Source: an uncultured Sphingomonadaceae bacterium
Lineage (GTDB): Bacteria > Pseudomonadota > Alphaproteobacteria > Sphingomonadales > Sphingomonadaceae
DNA length: 64,000 bases
Reading direction: 5' to 3'
Assembly: GCA_964245355.1 (NCBI GenBank)
Contig: CAXTMT010000001.1
Location: forward strand, 15,895 to 79,894
The position numbers and the translations under genes are program-made. Of this stretch, positions 40,675-49,511 are shown one piece after another. Under the pieces are notes generated by a model, which was not told the DNA's origin, did not search any database, and worked only from the letters and a program-made list of their open reading frames with translations. Within the stretch, counting starts at the first letter, position 1; the number at the start of each line of letters is the position of its first letter.

Positions 40675-41563
40675 CATCATGCCGCTTCCGGTAGTGAGCT
40701 TGTCGCGCGCCAGTTTCGCCGTTCCGGTCGCGGGTTCGGTCGTGGTCGGAGCGGTGTTGCCGATTGCCTTGTTCATGGTCGTCAGCGTCTTTTCGGTTGA
40801 TTTTGATGCCTATGAACTCGTGCCGGATTTTACGTCGGCCAATTGGCGCGACGTGCTGACGCATGGCTCCTATTGGATGCTGATCGGCAAGTCCCTCATC
40901 AATGGTATCGTCGCCGTGGCGATGACCGGGATTGTCGGCTACCCCGTGGCTCTGGCCCTCGCCGGGCTGCCGAAATCGGTCAAGGGAGTGGCACTGGTCG
41001 TACTTCTCACTCCGCTCTACACCGGCGAAATCGTACGCGTGTATGCCTGGCGGCTGGTGCTAGGCCAGAACGGTCTCGTCAATGCCGTCCTACAAAGCTT
41101 ACATCTGACATCCGAGCCGTTGAGCTGGCTGCTGTTCACCCCGTTCGCCACCCATGCCGCACTCTTTTACGACAATCTGCCGTTCATGGTTCTGGCGCTC
41201 TGGATCGCTGTCGAACGGATCGATCCCCGGCTGATCGAGGCCGCCCGGGATATGGGCTGTCGGCCGTTCACGGCATTCAGGCTGGTCACCTTGCCGCTGA
41301 CCGGTGCCGGGCTGGCGGCCGGATGCTTCATTGTGTTTGCCCTCGCCGCGGGTGCGATGTGGGCGCCGAGTCTGCTGGGAGGAACGTCGGGAGCCACGCC
41401 GATGGCGATGATCGACGGCCTATTCGGCACCGCTTTCGACTGGCCCACCGCCTCCGCGCTCGCATTGACCTTGTTGGCGGTGCTGGTTGCGTCCGCGACG
41501 TTGCTGGCAGCCCTGGTCCTGATCTTTGCGGGCGACGGGCGTTACTTGCGCCGGGCAGTCTGA
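40652..41563 (+). CDS. PotB-like ABC permease
   Basis: GYPVA, VRVYAW, LPFMVL, EAARDMG. Confidence 0.9.
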   Translation: MSPRPAADIMPLPVVSLSRASFAVPVAGSVVVGAVLPIALFMVVSVFSVDFDAYELVPDFTSANWRDVLTHGSYWMLIGKSLINGIVAVAMTGIVGYPVALALAGLPKSVKGVALVVLLTPLYTGEIVRVYAWRLVLGQNGLVNAVLQSLHLTSEPLSWLLFTPFATHAALFYDNLPFMVLALWIAVERIDPRLIEAARDMGCRPFTAFRLVTLPLTGAGLAAGCFIVFALAAGAMWAPSLLGGTSGATPMAMIDGLFGTAFDWPTASALALTLLAVLVASATLLAALVLIFAGDGRYLRRAV

Positions 41564-42342
41564 TGAACCCGGCCCGCACAATCACGCTGATCGCCGTAGG
41601 CCTGCTGCTCTATCTGCCGATGGCGATCCTCGCCGTGTTCTCTTTTAACGCCTCGCCCGTGATGGCGTTTCCGCTGACCGGATTTACGCTCGAATGGTAT
41701 CGGCATCTTTCCGGAAATACCGTCTTCCAGGCCGGCTTTGTGACAAGCTTTTTGATCGCCCAGCCGGTCGGCATTCTGAGTGCCGGGCTTGGTCTGCTGG
41801 CTGGCCTTGCCTTGACGTCGCCCCACCTGCGCTGGCGAGCGGCTTTTGTCGGGCTGCTGCTCATCCCGTTTTTGGCGCCGAAAACCGTGCTGTCGATTGC
41901 CCAGGCGATGATTATCAGTCGGATCGGGGTAGATCGCGGACCGGTCGTCCTGATTCTCGCGCAGACGCTGGTGACCATCCCGTTTACGACGGCGTTGATC
42001 ACATCGGTTCTGGTGCAGCTTGATGCCAGACTCGAGGAAGCGGCGAAGGACCTCGGCGCCGACCCTTGGCAGTGCTTCCGGCTGGTGGTCATGCCGCAGA
42101 TCAAGTCGACGCTGATCGCGGCCTATTCGGTCGGCGTCATCCTGTCGCTCGGCGATCTTACGATTGCGACGTTTCTGTCGGGACGCGTGCAGCCTCTATC
42201 GATGATCGTCGCATCGCAGTTCGTGCGCCAGCTCAGCCCGGATCTCAACGCGATGCAGGTCGTGATGCTGGCCCTGACGGCGGTTCTCGTCGCCATCACC
42301 GAAATCTACGGCTGGCAGCGCACGCGGAGACGAACGCGATGA
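41563..42342 (+). CDS. PotC-like ABC permease
   Basis: LYLPM..LAVFSFN, GFTLEWY, EEAAKDLGA; ATG overlaps upstream TGA. Confidence 0.9.
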   Translation: MNPARTITLIAVGLLLYLPMAILAVFSFNASPVMAFPLTGFTLEWYRHLSGNTVFQAGFVTSFLIAQPVGILSAGLGLLAGLALTSPHLRWRAAFVGLLLIPFLAPKTVLSIAQAMIISRIGVDRGPVVLILAQTLVTIPFTTALITSVLVQLDARLEEAAKDLGADPWQCFRLVVMPQIKSTLIAAYSVGVILSLGDLTIATFLSGRVQPLSMIVASQFVRQLSPDLNAMQVVMLALTAVLVAITEIYGWQRTRRRTR

Positions 42343-42448
42343 CGGCACAATGGAATGCAACGCCGCCCGGCAATTCATCGCACGGCTGCGGAAGTGGTCC
42401 GGTTTCGGTTGCCCTTTCCCATCATCAAACCACGAGGAACGAACGCAC

Positions 42449-42895
42449 ATGACCGTTGGATGTTTTTCCACTTCCGTCGCGGATGCCAAAGCTTTTCGAA
42501 TATCGCCGACCGACTGCAATTATTTCGTCATGCTGTTCGAGCCATCCCGCGATGGCGTCGACAACGTCTACGTCGTGGAAATCTTCTCGGTCGGCGGCCA
42601 GACGCCTCCGAACGTCCATCATAAGGCGCATGAATTCTTTTATGTCCTCGAGGGAGAGGGAATTGCGAAATGCGACGGCAACGTCATCGCGGTGCGACAG
42701 GGAAGCGCGCTGCTGCTGCTCCCGGGTCATGAACATGTCGTCGTGAACACCGGTGTCGGCAAACTTTACACATTGACGATCATGACGCCTAACGAGGGAT
42801 TCGCCGAACTGATCCTCAACGGCACCCCGGTGACATTGGACGACGAGGATCGTCGGGTACTGCTACGCCTCACATCGGGAATGGAAATTCAATGA
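42449..42895 (+). CDS. Cupin domain protein
   Basis: TPPNVH..AHEFFYVLEGEG and PGHEHVVVNTG cupin motifs; GAGGA RBS. Confidence 0.88.
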   Translation: MTVGCFSTSVADAKAFRISPTDCNYFVMLFEPSRDGVDNVYVVEIFSVGGQTPPNVHHKAHEFFYVLEGEGIAKCDGNVIAVRQGSALLLLPGHEHVVVNTGVGKLYTLTIMTPNEGFAELILNGTPVTLDDEDRRVLLRLTSGMEIQ

Positions 42896-43677
42896 ATGAA
42901 GCGAACGGGATGATCACCCTCGGTTCAGTGCCGGCCACGGGGTGGCGTGTATCACCGAGCGCGGTTGACTTGTGCCGGGCGACGCCGCCCCCGCGCCGGC
43001 TGACCATCAAGGCTGCTCCGCAAAACGTTACGCTTGATCTGACGCGCACGGCCGTCGTCGTCGTCGATATGCAGAACGATTTCTGCCACCCCGACGGCTG
43101 GCTGGCGCATCTCGGAGTCGACATCGAGCCGGCCCGTCGGCCGATCAAGACTTTGGCGGGGCTGCTGCCGTCCCTCAGACAGCTTGGTGTCTCGGTGCTC
43201 TGGGTGAACTGGGGCAACAGGCCTGACCGCCTCAATCTCAGCCCTTCGGTCCTGCACGTCTATCAACCGCACGGGACCGGGGTCGGGATCGGCGATCCGC
43301 TGCCCGGTTGCGGCGCGGCCGTGCTGCAGGAGGGAAGTTGGGCGGCCGCCGTCGTGGATGAACTGACGCCGGAAGCAGGCGATATCCGGGTGTCGAAGTA
43401 TCGGATGTCGGGATTCTGGGATACCCCGCTCGACAGCATCCTGCGCAATCTCGGCGTCACCACGCTGCTGTTCGCCGGCGTCAATATCGACCAATGCGTG
43501 TTCTGCACACTGCAGGACGCGAATTTCCTCGGCTATGATTGCGTTCTTGTGGAAGACTGCGCCGGCACGACATCACCGGCATACTGCACTGACGCAGTCA
43601 TCTACAACGTCAAGCAGTGCTTCGGATTCGTCACCGATGCCGATGCGATCCACCGGGGCATCGAGGCGATCGGGTGA
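42892..43677 (+). CDS. Isochorismatase-family cysteine hydrolase
   Basis: Catalytic D-K-C: VVDMQNDF, KYRMSGF, GVNIDQCV. Confidence 0.9.
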   Translation: MNEANGMITLGSVPATGWRVSPSAVDLCRATPPPRRLTIKAAPQNVTLDLTRTAVVVVDMQNDFCHPDGWLAHLGVDIEPARRPIKTLAGLLPSLRQLGVSVLWVNWGNRPDRLNLSPSVLHVYQPHGTGVGIGDPLPGCGAAVLQEGSWAAAVVDELTPEAGDIRVSKYRMSGFWDTPLDSILRNLGVTTLLFAGVNIDQCVFCTLQDANFLGYDCVLVEDCAGTTSPAYCTDAVIYNVKQCFGFVTDADAIHRGIEAIG

Positions 43678-43753
43678 GATGCATCGCGTCGGTCGTGTCG
43701 AAATCCAGGCCGGCATCGCGGCGTCGGCGAGGGTCAGGGAATGAACCGGCCGC

Positions 43754-44644
43754 ATGATTGATATCCGCACGCTGGAAGTGTTTTATTGGGTGGCGCGGCT
43801 CGGCGGCTTCGGGCGTGCCGCGATCAAATTGAACACGACCCAGCCGGCGATATCAGCCCGAATAGCAGCGCTGGAATCTGAATATGGCGTTCGACTTCTC
43901 GTCCGGAAACGGGGGCTACGACCGGCGCTGACGCCGGTCGGCGCAGCATTGTTCGACCAGGCGCGGCGCATGCTGGCACTCCAGGCCGACGTCGTCTCGA
44001 CGCTCGGCGAGCAAGGTGGCATGCGCGGCATCGTCCGAATTGGCGTGGCGGAAACCATCGTTCATATTCTGCTGCCGGAACTGTTGCGTCGTCTTCATAT
44101 CGAGCACCCGGGAGTGACGCCGAACGTCGTCACCGACGTCTCCGCGAATTTGCGCGAAGCACTGCGCGGTGGCGAAATCGATCTGGCTTTTATGCTCGGA
44201 CCCAGCGCACAAATCGGCGCCCAGGAGCGTCCGATCTGTTCGCTCGATCTGGCATGGGCTGCGTCACCTCTCCTCGACACCGGCGAAGCGCCGTTAACGC
44301 GCGCGGCGATCGGATCCATTCCGATCCTGACCTACGCCCATACCACGCAGCCTTATGCCGAACTGGTCGCGGCTCTTGCAGATCCGCATTTGCCGGTCGC
44401 GCGGATATTTCCGAACAGTTCGCTCGCGACCATTGTATCGCTGGCGCAACACGGGATCGGTATCGCGGCTATTCCGCCGGTGGTGATCAAAAGCGAACTC
44501 GAAGCCGGAACGCTGCGACTGCTGCCATCGACGATACCGCTGTCCGAACTGAACTTCGTTGCCTGCTGGTCCGATCCCGGAGAAGGATTGCCGGGCGCGG
44601 TCGCAGCTTTGGCGCGCGATATATTGGGTCATAACGACGGCTGA
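43754..44644 (+). CDS. LysR family regulator
   Basis: DIRTLEVFYWVARLGGF..AA.KLNTTQPAISARI..LE. Confidence 0.92.
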   Translation: MIDIRTLEVFYWVARLGGFGRAAIKLNTTQPAISARIAALESEYGVRLLVRKRGLRPALTPVGAALFDQARRMLALQADVVSTLGEQGGMRGIVRIGVAETIVHILLPELLRRLHIEHPGVTPNVVTDVSANLREALRGGEIDLAFMLGPSAQIGAQERPICSLDLAWAASPLLDTGEAPLTRAAIGSIPILTYAHTTQPYAELVAALADPHLPVARIFPNSSLATIVSLAQHGIGIAAIPPVVIKSELEAGTLRLLPSTIPLSELNFVACWSDPGEGLPGAVAALARDILGHNDG

Positions 44645-44914
44645 TCATTCTTGATCCACAAAGATGATTTCCTTTCACGGGGATGTCATGATGATATTTG
44701 GCCATCAGAGAAATCAGCAAGGCCAGTCGCACGTCGAGGGGCGGATCGAAGCGGTCCGTTCCATCGGGCTGCCGCGCCCGAGTCCCGACAGTGCGCGGGC
44801 CACAACGGCCAACGAACCGCTGCGCCCGACGGGACCATGGCGCAGCCTGTTGCTTCGCACGCGTACGATCCGTCGCCGGCTCTTGGTACACGACGACGAA
44901 ATCCGACATGTTTC

Positions 44915-44930
44915 TGGTACGCCGCTTGCA
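44915..44930 (+). promoter_or_regulatory. Sigma54 (-24/-12) promoter
   Basis: TGGTAC-GCCGC-TTGCA with exact GG-N10-GC spacing, ~108 bp upstream of the MFS start. Confidence 0.65.
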
Positions 44931-45037
44931 CCGGGGACGTGGCTTGTTGAACCGATGTTCGCCGACTGGATGCGGGTTTCCAGCCGCAAGCGGCGAATTC
45001 GGCGTTATTGATCAAGATCATAAACGGGGGCTGCAAC

Positions 45038-46321
45038 ATGTTCGATTGGTATAGCGATCTGGGTAAGCACGGGCGACGCACATTCTGGGCCTGCTTCGGC
45101 GGCTACGCGTTGGACGCGCTGGATGTGCAAATTTACAGCATGGCGATACCAGTTCTCATCAGCATCTCGTTCATCACGAAGAGCGAAGCCGGAACCATCG
45201 CCACGTGCACGTTGGTGCTGTCGGCCGTCGGCGGCTGGCTCGCCGGGATCATGGCGGACAAGCTTGGGCGGGTGAAAACGCTGCAGATCACCGTGCTGTG
45301 GTTCGCCGTTTTCACCGCGCTTTGCGGTCTGACCACTGGCTTCTGGGGACTGTTGGTCTGCCGCGGCCTTCAGGGCTTGGGCTTCGGAGGTGAATGGGCC
45401 GCCGGCGCCGTGTTGATCGGCGAGGTCGTCAGCGCCCGCAATCGCGGAAAGGTCGTGGGCTTCGTGCAGGGCTCCTGGGCCGCGGGATGGGGATTGGCCG
45501 TTGTCCTGGCGACGATCATCCTGACCTTGGTTCCGCAGGATTACGCCTGGCGCTGTCTCTTCCTCATCGGAATCCTGCCGGCAATCTCCACGTTCTTCAT
45601 TCGCCGCCATGTCGATGAACCCGAAGCGTTCACCAAGGTCCAGACCGATGCCGCGTCCGCTCCGGGAACATTGGCCATCTTCGGCCCGCATCTTTGGTGG
45701 ACCACCCTGCGTTGCTCGCTGCTCGCGCTCGGCGCGCAGGGCGGCTACTACGCGATCACCACATGGTTGCCGACCTTCCTGCAGGCGGAACGCCACATCA
45801 CCGTGATCGGCAGCTTCAGCTATCTGCTGATCGTCGTGATTGGAAGCTTCTTCGGCTACATCGTCAGCGCTTATCTCAACGACGCGATCGGCCGGCGGGT
45901 CGGATTTATCGCTTTCGCGATCGGCTCCGGTGTCGTCGTCTACACTTATACACACCTGCCCGTGTCCGACGGGCTCATGATGGTGCTGGGCTTCCCATTG
46001 GGCTTCTTTGCTTCCGGAATCTTCAGTGGCATGGGTCCGCTGTTGACCGAAATGTATCCGACCGAGGTCCGCGCCGCCGGGCAGGGCTTTTGTTATAATG
46101 TCGGCCGCGGACTCGCGGCTTTCTTTCCGCTCCTCGTCGGCATGGCCGCATCCACGCTTGGCCTGGGGAATGCGATCGGCGTATTCGCCGCCGGCGCGTA
46201 CGGGGTCGTCCTGATCGCGGCCCTGCTGCTTCCGGAGACGAAGGGGCAGGAATTGTCGTCATACTCGGATTTGACGGCGCCGACCCCGGTCAAGTCCGGC
46301 CTGGTGAAGGTAGGCGCCTGA
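45038..46321 (+). CDS. MFS transporter (SHS/NanT-like)
   Basis: GYALDALD, ADKLGR, GLGFGGEW, EMYPTEVRA.GQG..YN.GR. Confidence 0.9.
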   Translation: MFDWYSDLGKHGRRTFWACFGGYALDALDVQIYSMAIPVLISISFITKSEAGTIATCTLVLSAVGGWLAGIMADKLGRVKTLQITVLWFAVFTALCGLTTGFWGLLVCRGLQGLGFGGEWAAGAVLIGEVVSARNRGKVVGFVQGSWAAGWGLAVVLATIILTLVPQDYAWRCLFLIGILPAISTFFIRRHVDEPEAFTKVQTDAASAPGTLAIFGPHLWWTTLRCSLLALGAQGGYYAITTWLPTFLQAERHITVIGSFSYLLIVVIGSFFGYIVSAYLNDAIGRRVGFIAFAIGSGVVVYTYTHLPVSDGLMMVLGFPLGFFASGIFSGMGPLLTEMYPTEVRAAGQGFCYNVGRGLAAFFPLLVGMAASTLGLGNAIGVFAAGAYGVVLIAALLLPETKGQELSSYSDLTAPTPVKSGLVKVGA

Positions 46322-46499
46322 TGGCGCCTGCTTGCTGCAGCTCTTGACGTTTAACAATCGGGCAGATCGGCACGGCACGCTTGATGCGATCGCTGGGTCG
46401 ATGCCGATCTGCACGCCCCGACGGGTCGGACGAGCACGACATCATGCTCGACCGTGATTTAAAAACCATCGCCGCCGTTACGTGCGGCAAATGCGCCGA

Positions 46500-47387
46500 T
46501 CACTCGTCGAAGCAGAACAGCTTCGCAGGGTTGTCGACCAGGATTTGATGTCTGACTTTTTCGTCCGGAATCCAGTCGAGCAGCAGGTTGACGAGTTCGC
46601 CGCTGTCCCGGCTTCCATCCGTCAGATGCGGCCAGTCCGTGCCCCAGATCGCGCGATCGGGGCGCGCATTGACGATGCCGATGGCGAGATGCTCGATCGC
46701 CTTATAGCCTCTGGCCTTGGCGATACGATAGGGCGCCGAGAGCTTGATCCATGCCCTGCCTTTTTCGATCAGCTTCAGCAACCGGCCGAAGTCGTCGCTG
46801 GTCAGGCCGTCTTCTTCCAGCATGTAACCCATGTGATCGATGACAAAATCGTCGTCCAGCGTTCCGAGAAACGGCACGAGATCGCGAACGACATAGCCCG
46901 GCGTATAGAACTGGATGTGCCAGCCACGCGGCCTTGTCCGCTCCAGCATCCGTGTGATGTAGCGGTGAATGTCTTCCCGCGGCCATGAGGCCCTAGCGAA
47001 CAGATCAAGCCTAATCGCCCGCACGCCGGCGGCGTGATACAAATCGAGATCCTCGTCGCTGACATCTTCCTCGACCATCACCACGCCGCGGGCGCGGGAC
47101 CCCAGTTTCTTCAAGGTGTCGATCGTCAGGCGGTTGTCGGTGCCGTAGTAGCTCGGCTGGACCAGCACCATGCGGTCGATGCCGAGATAATCGCAAACCG
47201 CCAGATATTGTTTGAGCGATCCGTCGGGAAATGTGTAATGCGGCCTCGCGACGGAGGGATAGCCTGGCTCAAACACGTGAAAATGGGTATCGCACGAACC
47301 GGCCGGAAGCATGAATTCCGGCTTGGTATTCGTTGTTGCCTCACGCATGGCGGTCGGCACGAGAATTTCATCGATCGCATTACCCAT
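46500..47387 (-). CDS. Amidohydrolase_2 protein, LigI/galactarolactone-isomerase-like (COG3618)
   Basis: CDTHFH, VQPSYYGTDN, IDHMG, KLSAPYR, WGTDWPH, LVDNP. Confidence 0.88.
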   Translation of the reverse strand: MGNAIDEILVPTAMREATTNTKPEFMLPAGSCDTHFHVFEPGYPSVARPHYTFPDGSLKQYLAVCDYLGIDRMVLVQPSYYGTDNRLTIDTLKKLGSRARGVVMVEEDVSDEDLDLYHAAGVRAIRLDLFARASWPREDIHRYITRMLERTRPRGWHIQFYTPGYVVRDLVPFLGTLDDDFVIDHMGYMLEEDGLTSDDFGRLLKLIEKGRAWIKLSAPYRIAKARGYKAIEHLAIGIVNARPDRAIWGTDWPHLTDGSRDSGELVNLLLDWIPDEKVRHQILVDNPAKLFCFDE

Positions 47388-47412
47388 GGTCGTCCACTCG
47401 CCTTTCAGTCGC

Positions 47413-48240
47413 TCAGCTCACAAACTCGGAATGCCATTCCTTTAGATCGTCGCTGCGGTGTTTCGCCGCGTTCCATAGCATTTCGATATCGCTTCCCGAG
47501 ATGATGAACGGGGCGACTCCGAGTGATAAATACTCACGCACAAGACCGAGATTCGAGATGCCGCCAATGACGCAAAGTTTTCCGTTCCGGGCGCATGCGG
47601 TGGCAACATCGACGATACATTCGTGCAATCTCTGGTTCTCGAAATCGCCGGGGATGCCCAGTTCCGCAGACAGATCATTGGCCCCGATCGCGACCATGTC
47701 GACACCGTCGGTCCGGGCGATCGCTTCTGCGTTCGAAACGCCGAGCGGCGTTTCGATCAGGACTTGCACCACGACCGACCGGTCGAGCAGAGGATTGAGA
47801 ATGCGTGCCGGTGTTGGAGCGAAGCCCAATTGCGGCACCATCGCAATTTGCGAACGCTGTCCACGCGGCGCGAACCGGCAAGCGCGCGCAATCTCGGCGG
47901 CCTGATCGGCGGTCTCGATCCGTGCCGCGACGATACCGGACGCACCGCCATCGAGGCAGCGCCCGATCGAGCCGTAGTCGCGCTCCGGAACGCGGACAAA
48001 GGAAAACAGCCCGAGGTCGTTGGCCGTGGACGTCATGGCTGACGCGACATCAAGCGACATCGTGCTGTGCTCGAGATCGACAATGATGCTCTGATGCCCG
48101 GTCGAATGGGCGACGCGAACGACATCCGGCGTCCTGGCGCTTCTGATCATCATCGCGGTGACAAGCTTGCCGCGCTTCAATGTTTCGAGCAGGCCGCAGC
48201 TTCCTGATCTGGCCGAGGCATCCATCTTCATTCCTGTCAT
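47413..48240 (-). CDS. HpcH/HpaI aldolase family protein
   Basis: VDLEH, VRVP, LDGGA.G, RFAPRGQR, LIET, GANDL. Confidence 0.9.
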   Translation of the reverse strand: MTGMKMDASARSGSCGLLETLKRGKLVTAMMIRSARTPDVVRVAHSTGHQSIIVDLEHSTMSLDVASAMTSTANDLGLFSFVRVPERDYGSIGRCLDGGASGIVAARIETADQAAEIARACRFAPRGQRSQIAMVPQLGFAPTPARILNPLLDRSVVVQVLIETPLGVSNAEAIARTDGVDMVAIGANDLSAELGIPGDFENQRLHECIVDVATACARNGKLCVIGGISNLGLVREYLSLGVAPFIISGSDIEMLWNAAKHRSDDLKEWHSEFVS

Positions 48241-48286
48241 CCTGTCGGGCGAGTCCGGCGCGGAGCTACTCGCGGTAACTATCCCT

Positions 48287-49486
48287 TCAACGCCGTTTAC
48301 TCAGCGGATATGTCATATTGGTGAAACCGGGTATCACCACTGCTTCCGGCCGGTTGTCGTGATCGCAGAGCTGGTCGATGATGAAATGGGAAACCGAATT
48401 GGCGAGCTGCTGGGTCGGGTCTTCCATCACGAAGCGCAGCCGGGTGATGGCCGTCTGTCTATCGTCCGGCGACCTCAGTCTCGGCATCGCATGAAGGGTC
48501 TTGGTCGCGGCTTCGATCACCGGGGGTTCCTCGATGCTCTTGAGAAACGCGGGATATCCTTCAAACATTCTGCGGGCCAGATCGATGTTCGCCCGCAAAT
48601 GCAGAAATATGTCGCGGAACTGACTTTCGCGCTCGGTCGTCAGCGCGGCGTCCGCGGCGTCCGATGCCGAAAAGGACGGCCCATGCGCCGCGATATGGAG
48701 ATTCTCGACGGGCAACCGGCCTCCCGAAGCGCGCCACAGCAAATGACAGTTGCTTTGAGTGGCCCAGGTCAGGCCCGCGGTGGGCCGTCCGGCGCGGCCG
48801 CTTATCAAAACCATCAGCTTCCTCCAGTCGATGTCGTGCGAGCGCAGCCATCGAATGACGCGATAACCGATGTCGAGATATGTCAGGGCGAAGGTGGCAA
48901 CCATCACATCGTTGATCGGTACCGGAACTTCGGGATTGCCGGCCGGATCCAGAAAGGTCTCACGAAGATTTTCGAACGTCATCCTGGTTTCGTCGGCGAG
49001 ACATCCGGACAGAAACGCGAGGGCGACGTCGCAGGTGTAGTCGACAAGATCCGCGATCTTGGATTCGTATCCCGCCCACGCCTCCACGGCGACTTCGTCG
49101 GTCCAGTAGGTTTCGGTGTTGAACTCGCGAGCCTTTGCCGTTCGATCGATCAATCGTTCGGCGTCGTCCTTCCAGCCGACATAGCCAAGCTCGCGCAGCC
49201 GAAATAACCACGCGATGGCAGGTCCCAGATGAGAGATTGCCGTCAGCTCGACGAAACCGCGGGTCGAATTGCGAAAGCCTTCGACGATCGGTGGTTTTCC
49301 TGCGCCCGGAAAAAGCACGAAGTCCGACCCGGTCACGACCAGCAATGGTTCCTGCCTGGTCAGTTCGACCATGTGTCGGGTGAGATGTAACCCGGTGCTG
49401 TTCGGACCGGTATATGCGTCGTAAAGACTCCGGAACGACGGGTGCGGCTGGTACGTCGTTTGAGGCATTTTTTGTTCTTGATCCAT
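48287..49486 (-). CDS. Conserved-looking protein of unknown function (from memory resembles DUF5624; unverified)
   Basis: 399 aa, no signal peptide, motif-like segments GFVELTAISHLGPA and ISGRAGRPTAG; 25 and 46 bp from its neighbours. Confidence 0.75.
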   Translation of the reverse strand: MDQEQKMPQTTYQPHPSFRSLYDAYTGPNSTGLHLTRHMVELTRQEPLLVVTGSDFVLFPGAGKPPIVEGFRNSTRGFVELTAISHLGPAIAWLFRLRELGYVGWKDDAERLIDRTAKAREFNTETYWTDEVAVEAWAGYESKIADLVDYTCDVALAFLSGCLADETRMTFENLRETFLDPAGNPEVPVPINDVMVATFALTYLDIGYRVIRWLRSHDIDWRKLMVLISGRAGRPTAGLTWATQSNCHLLWRASGGRLPVENLHIAAHGPSFSASDAADAALTTERESQFRDIFLHLRANIDLARRMFEGYPAFLKSIEEPPVIEAATKTLHAMPRLRSPDDRQTAITRLRFVMEDPTQQLANSVSHFIIDQLCDHDNRPEAVVIPGFTNMTYPLSKRR

Positions 49487-49511
49487 GGCACCGAGCCGAC
49501 GATGGAGGCAA

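Noticed and set aside
44664-45054. ORFs between the LysR and the MFS gene
   Set aside because: No recognisable motif; the region is better explained as a promoter containing the sigma54 site.
46373-46388. Second GG-N10-GC sigma54-like site (CGGCACGCTTGATGC)
   Set aside because: Weaker -12 element and no sense gene downstream; it points into a convergent gene.
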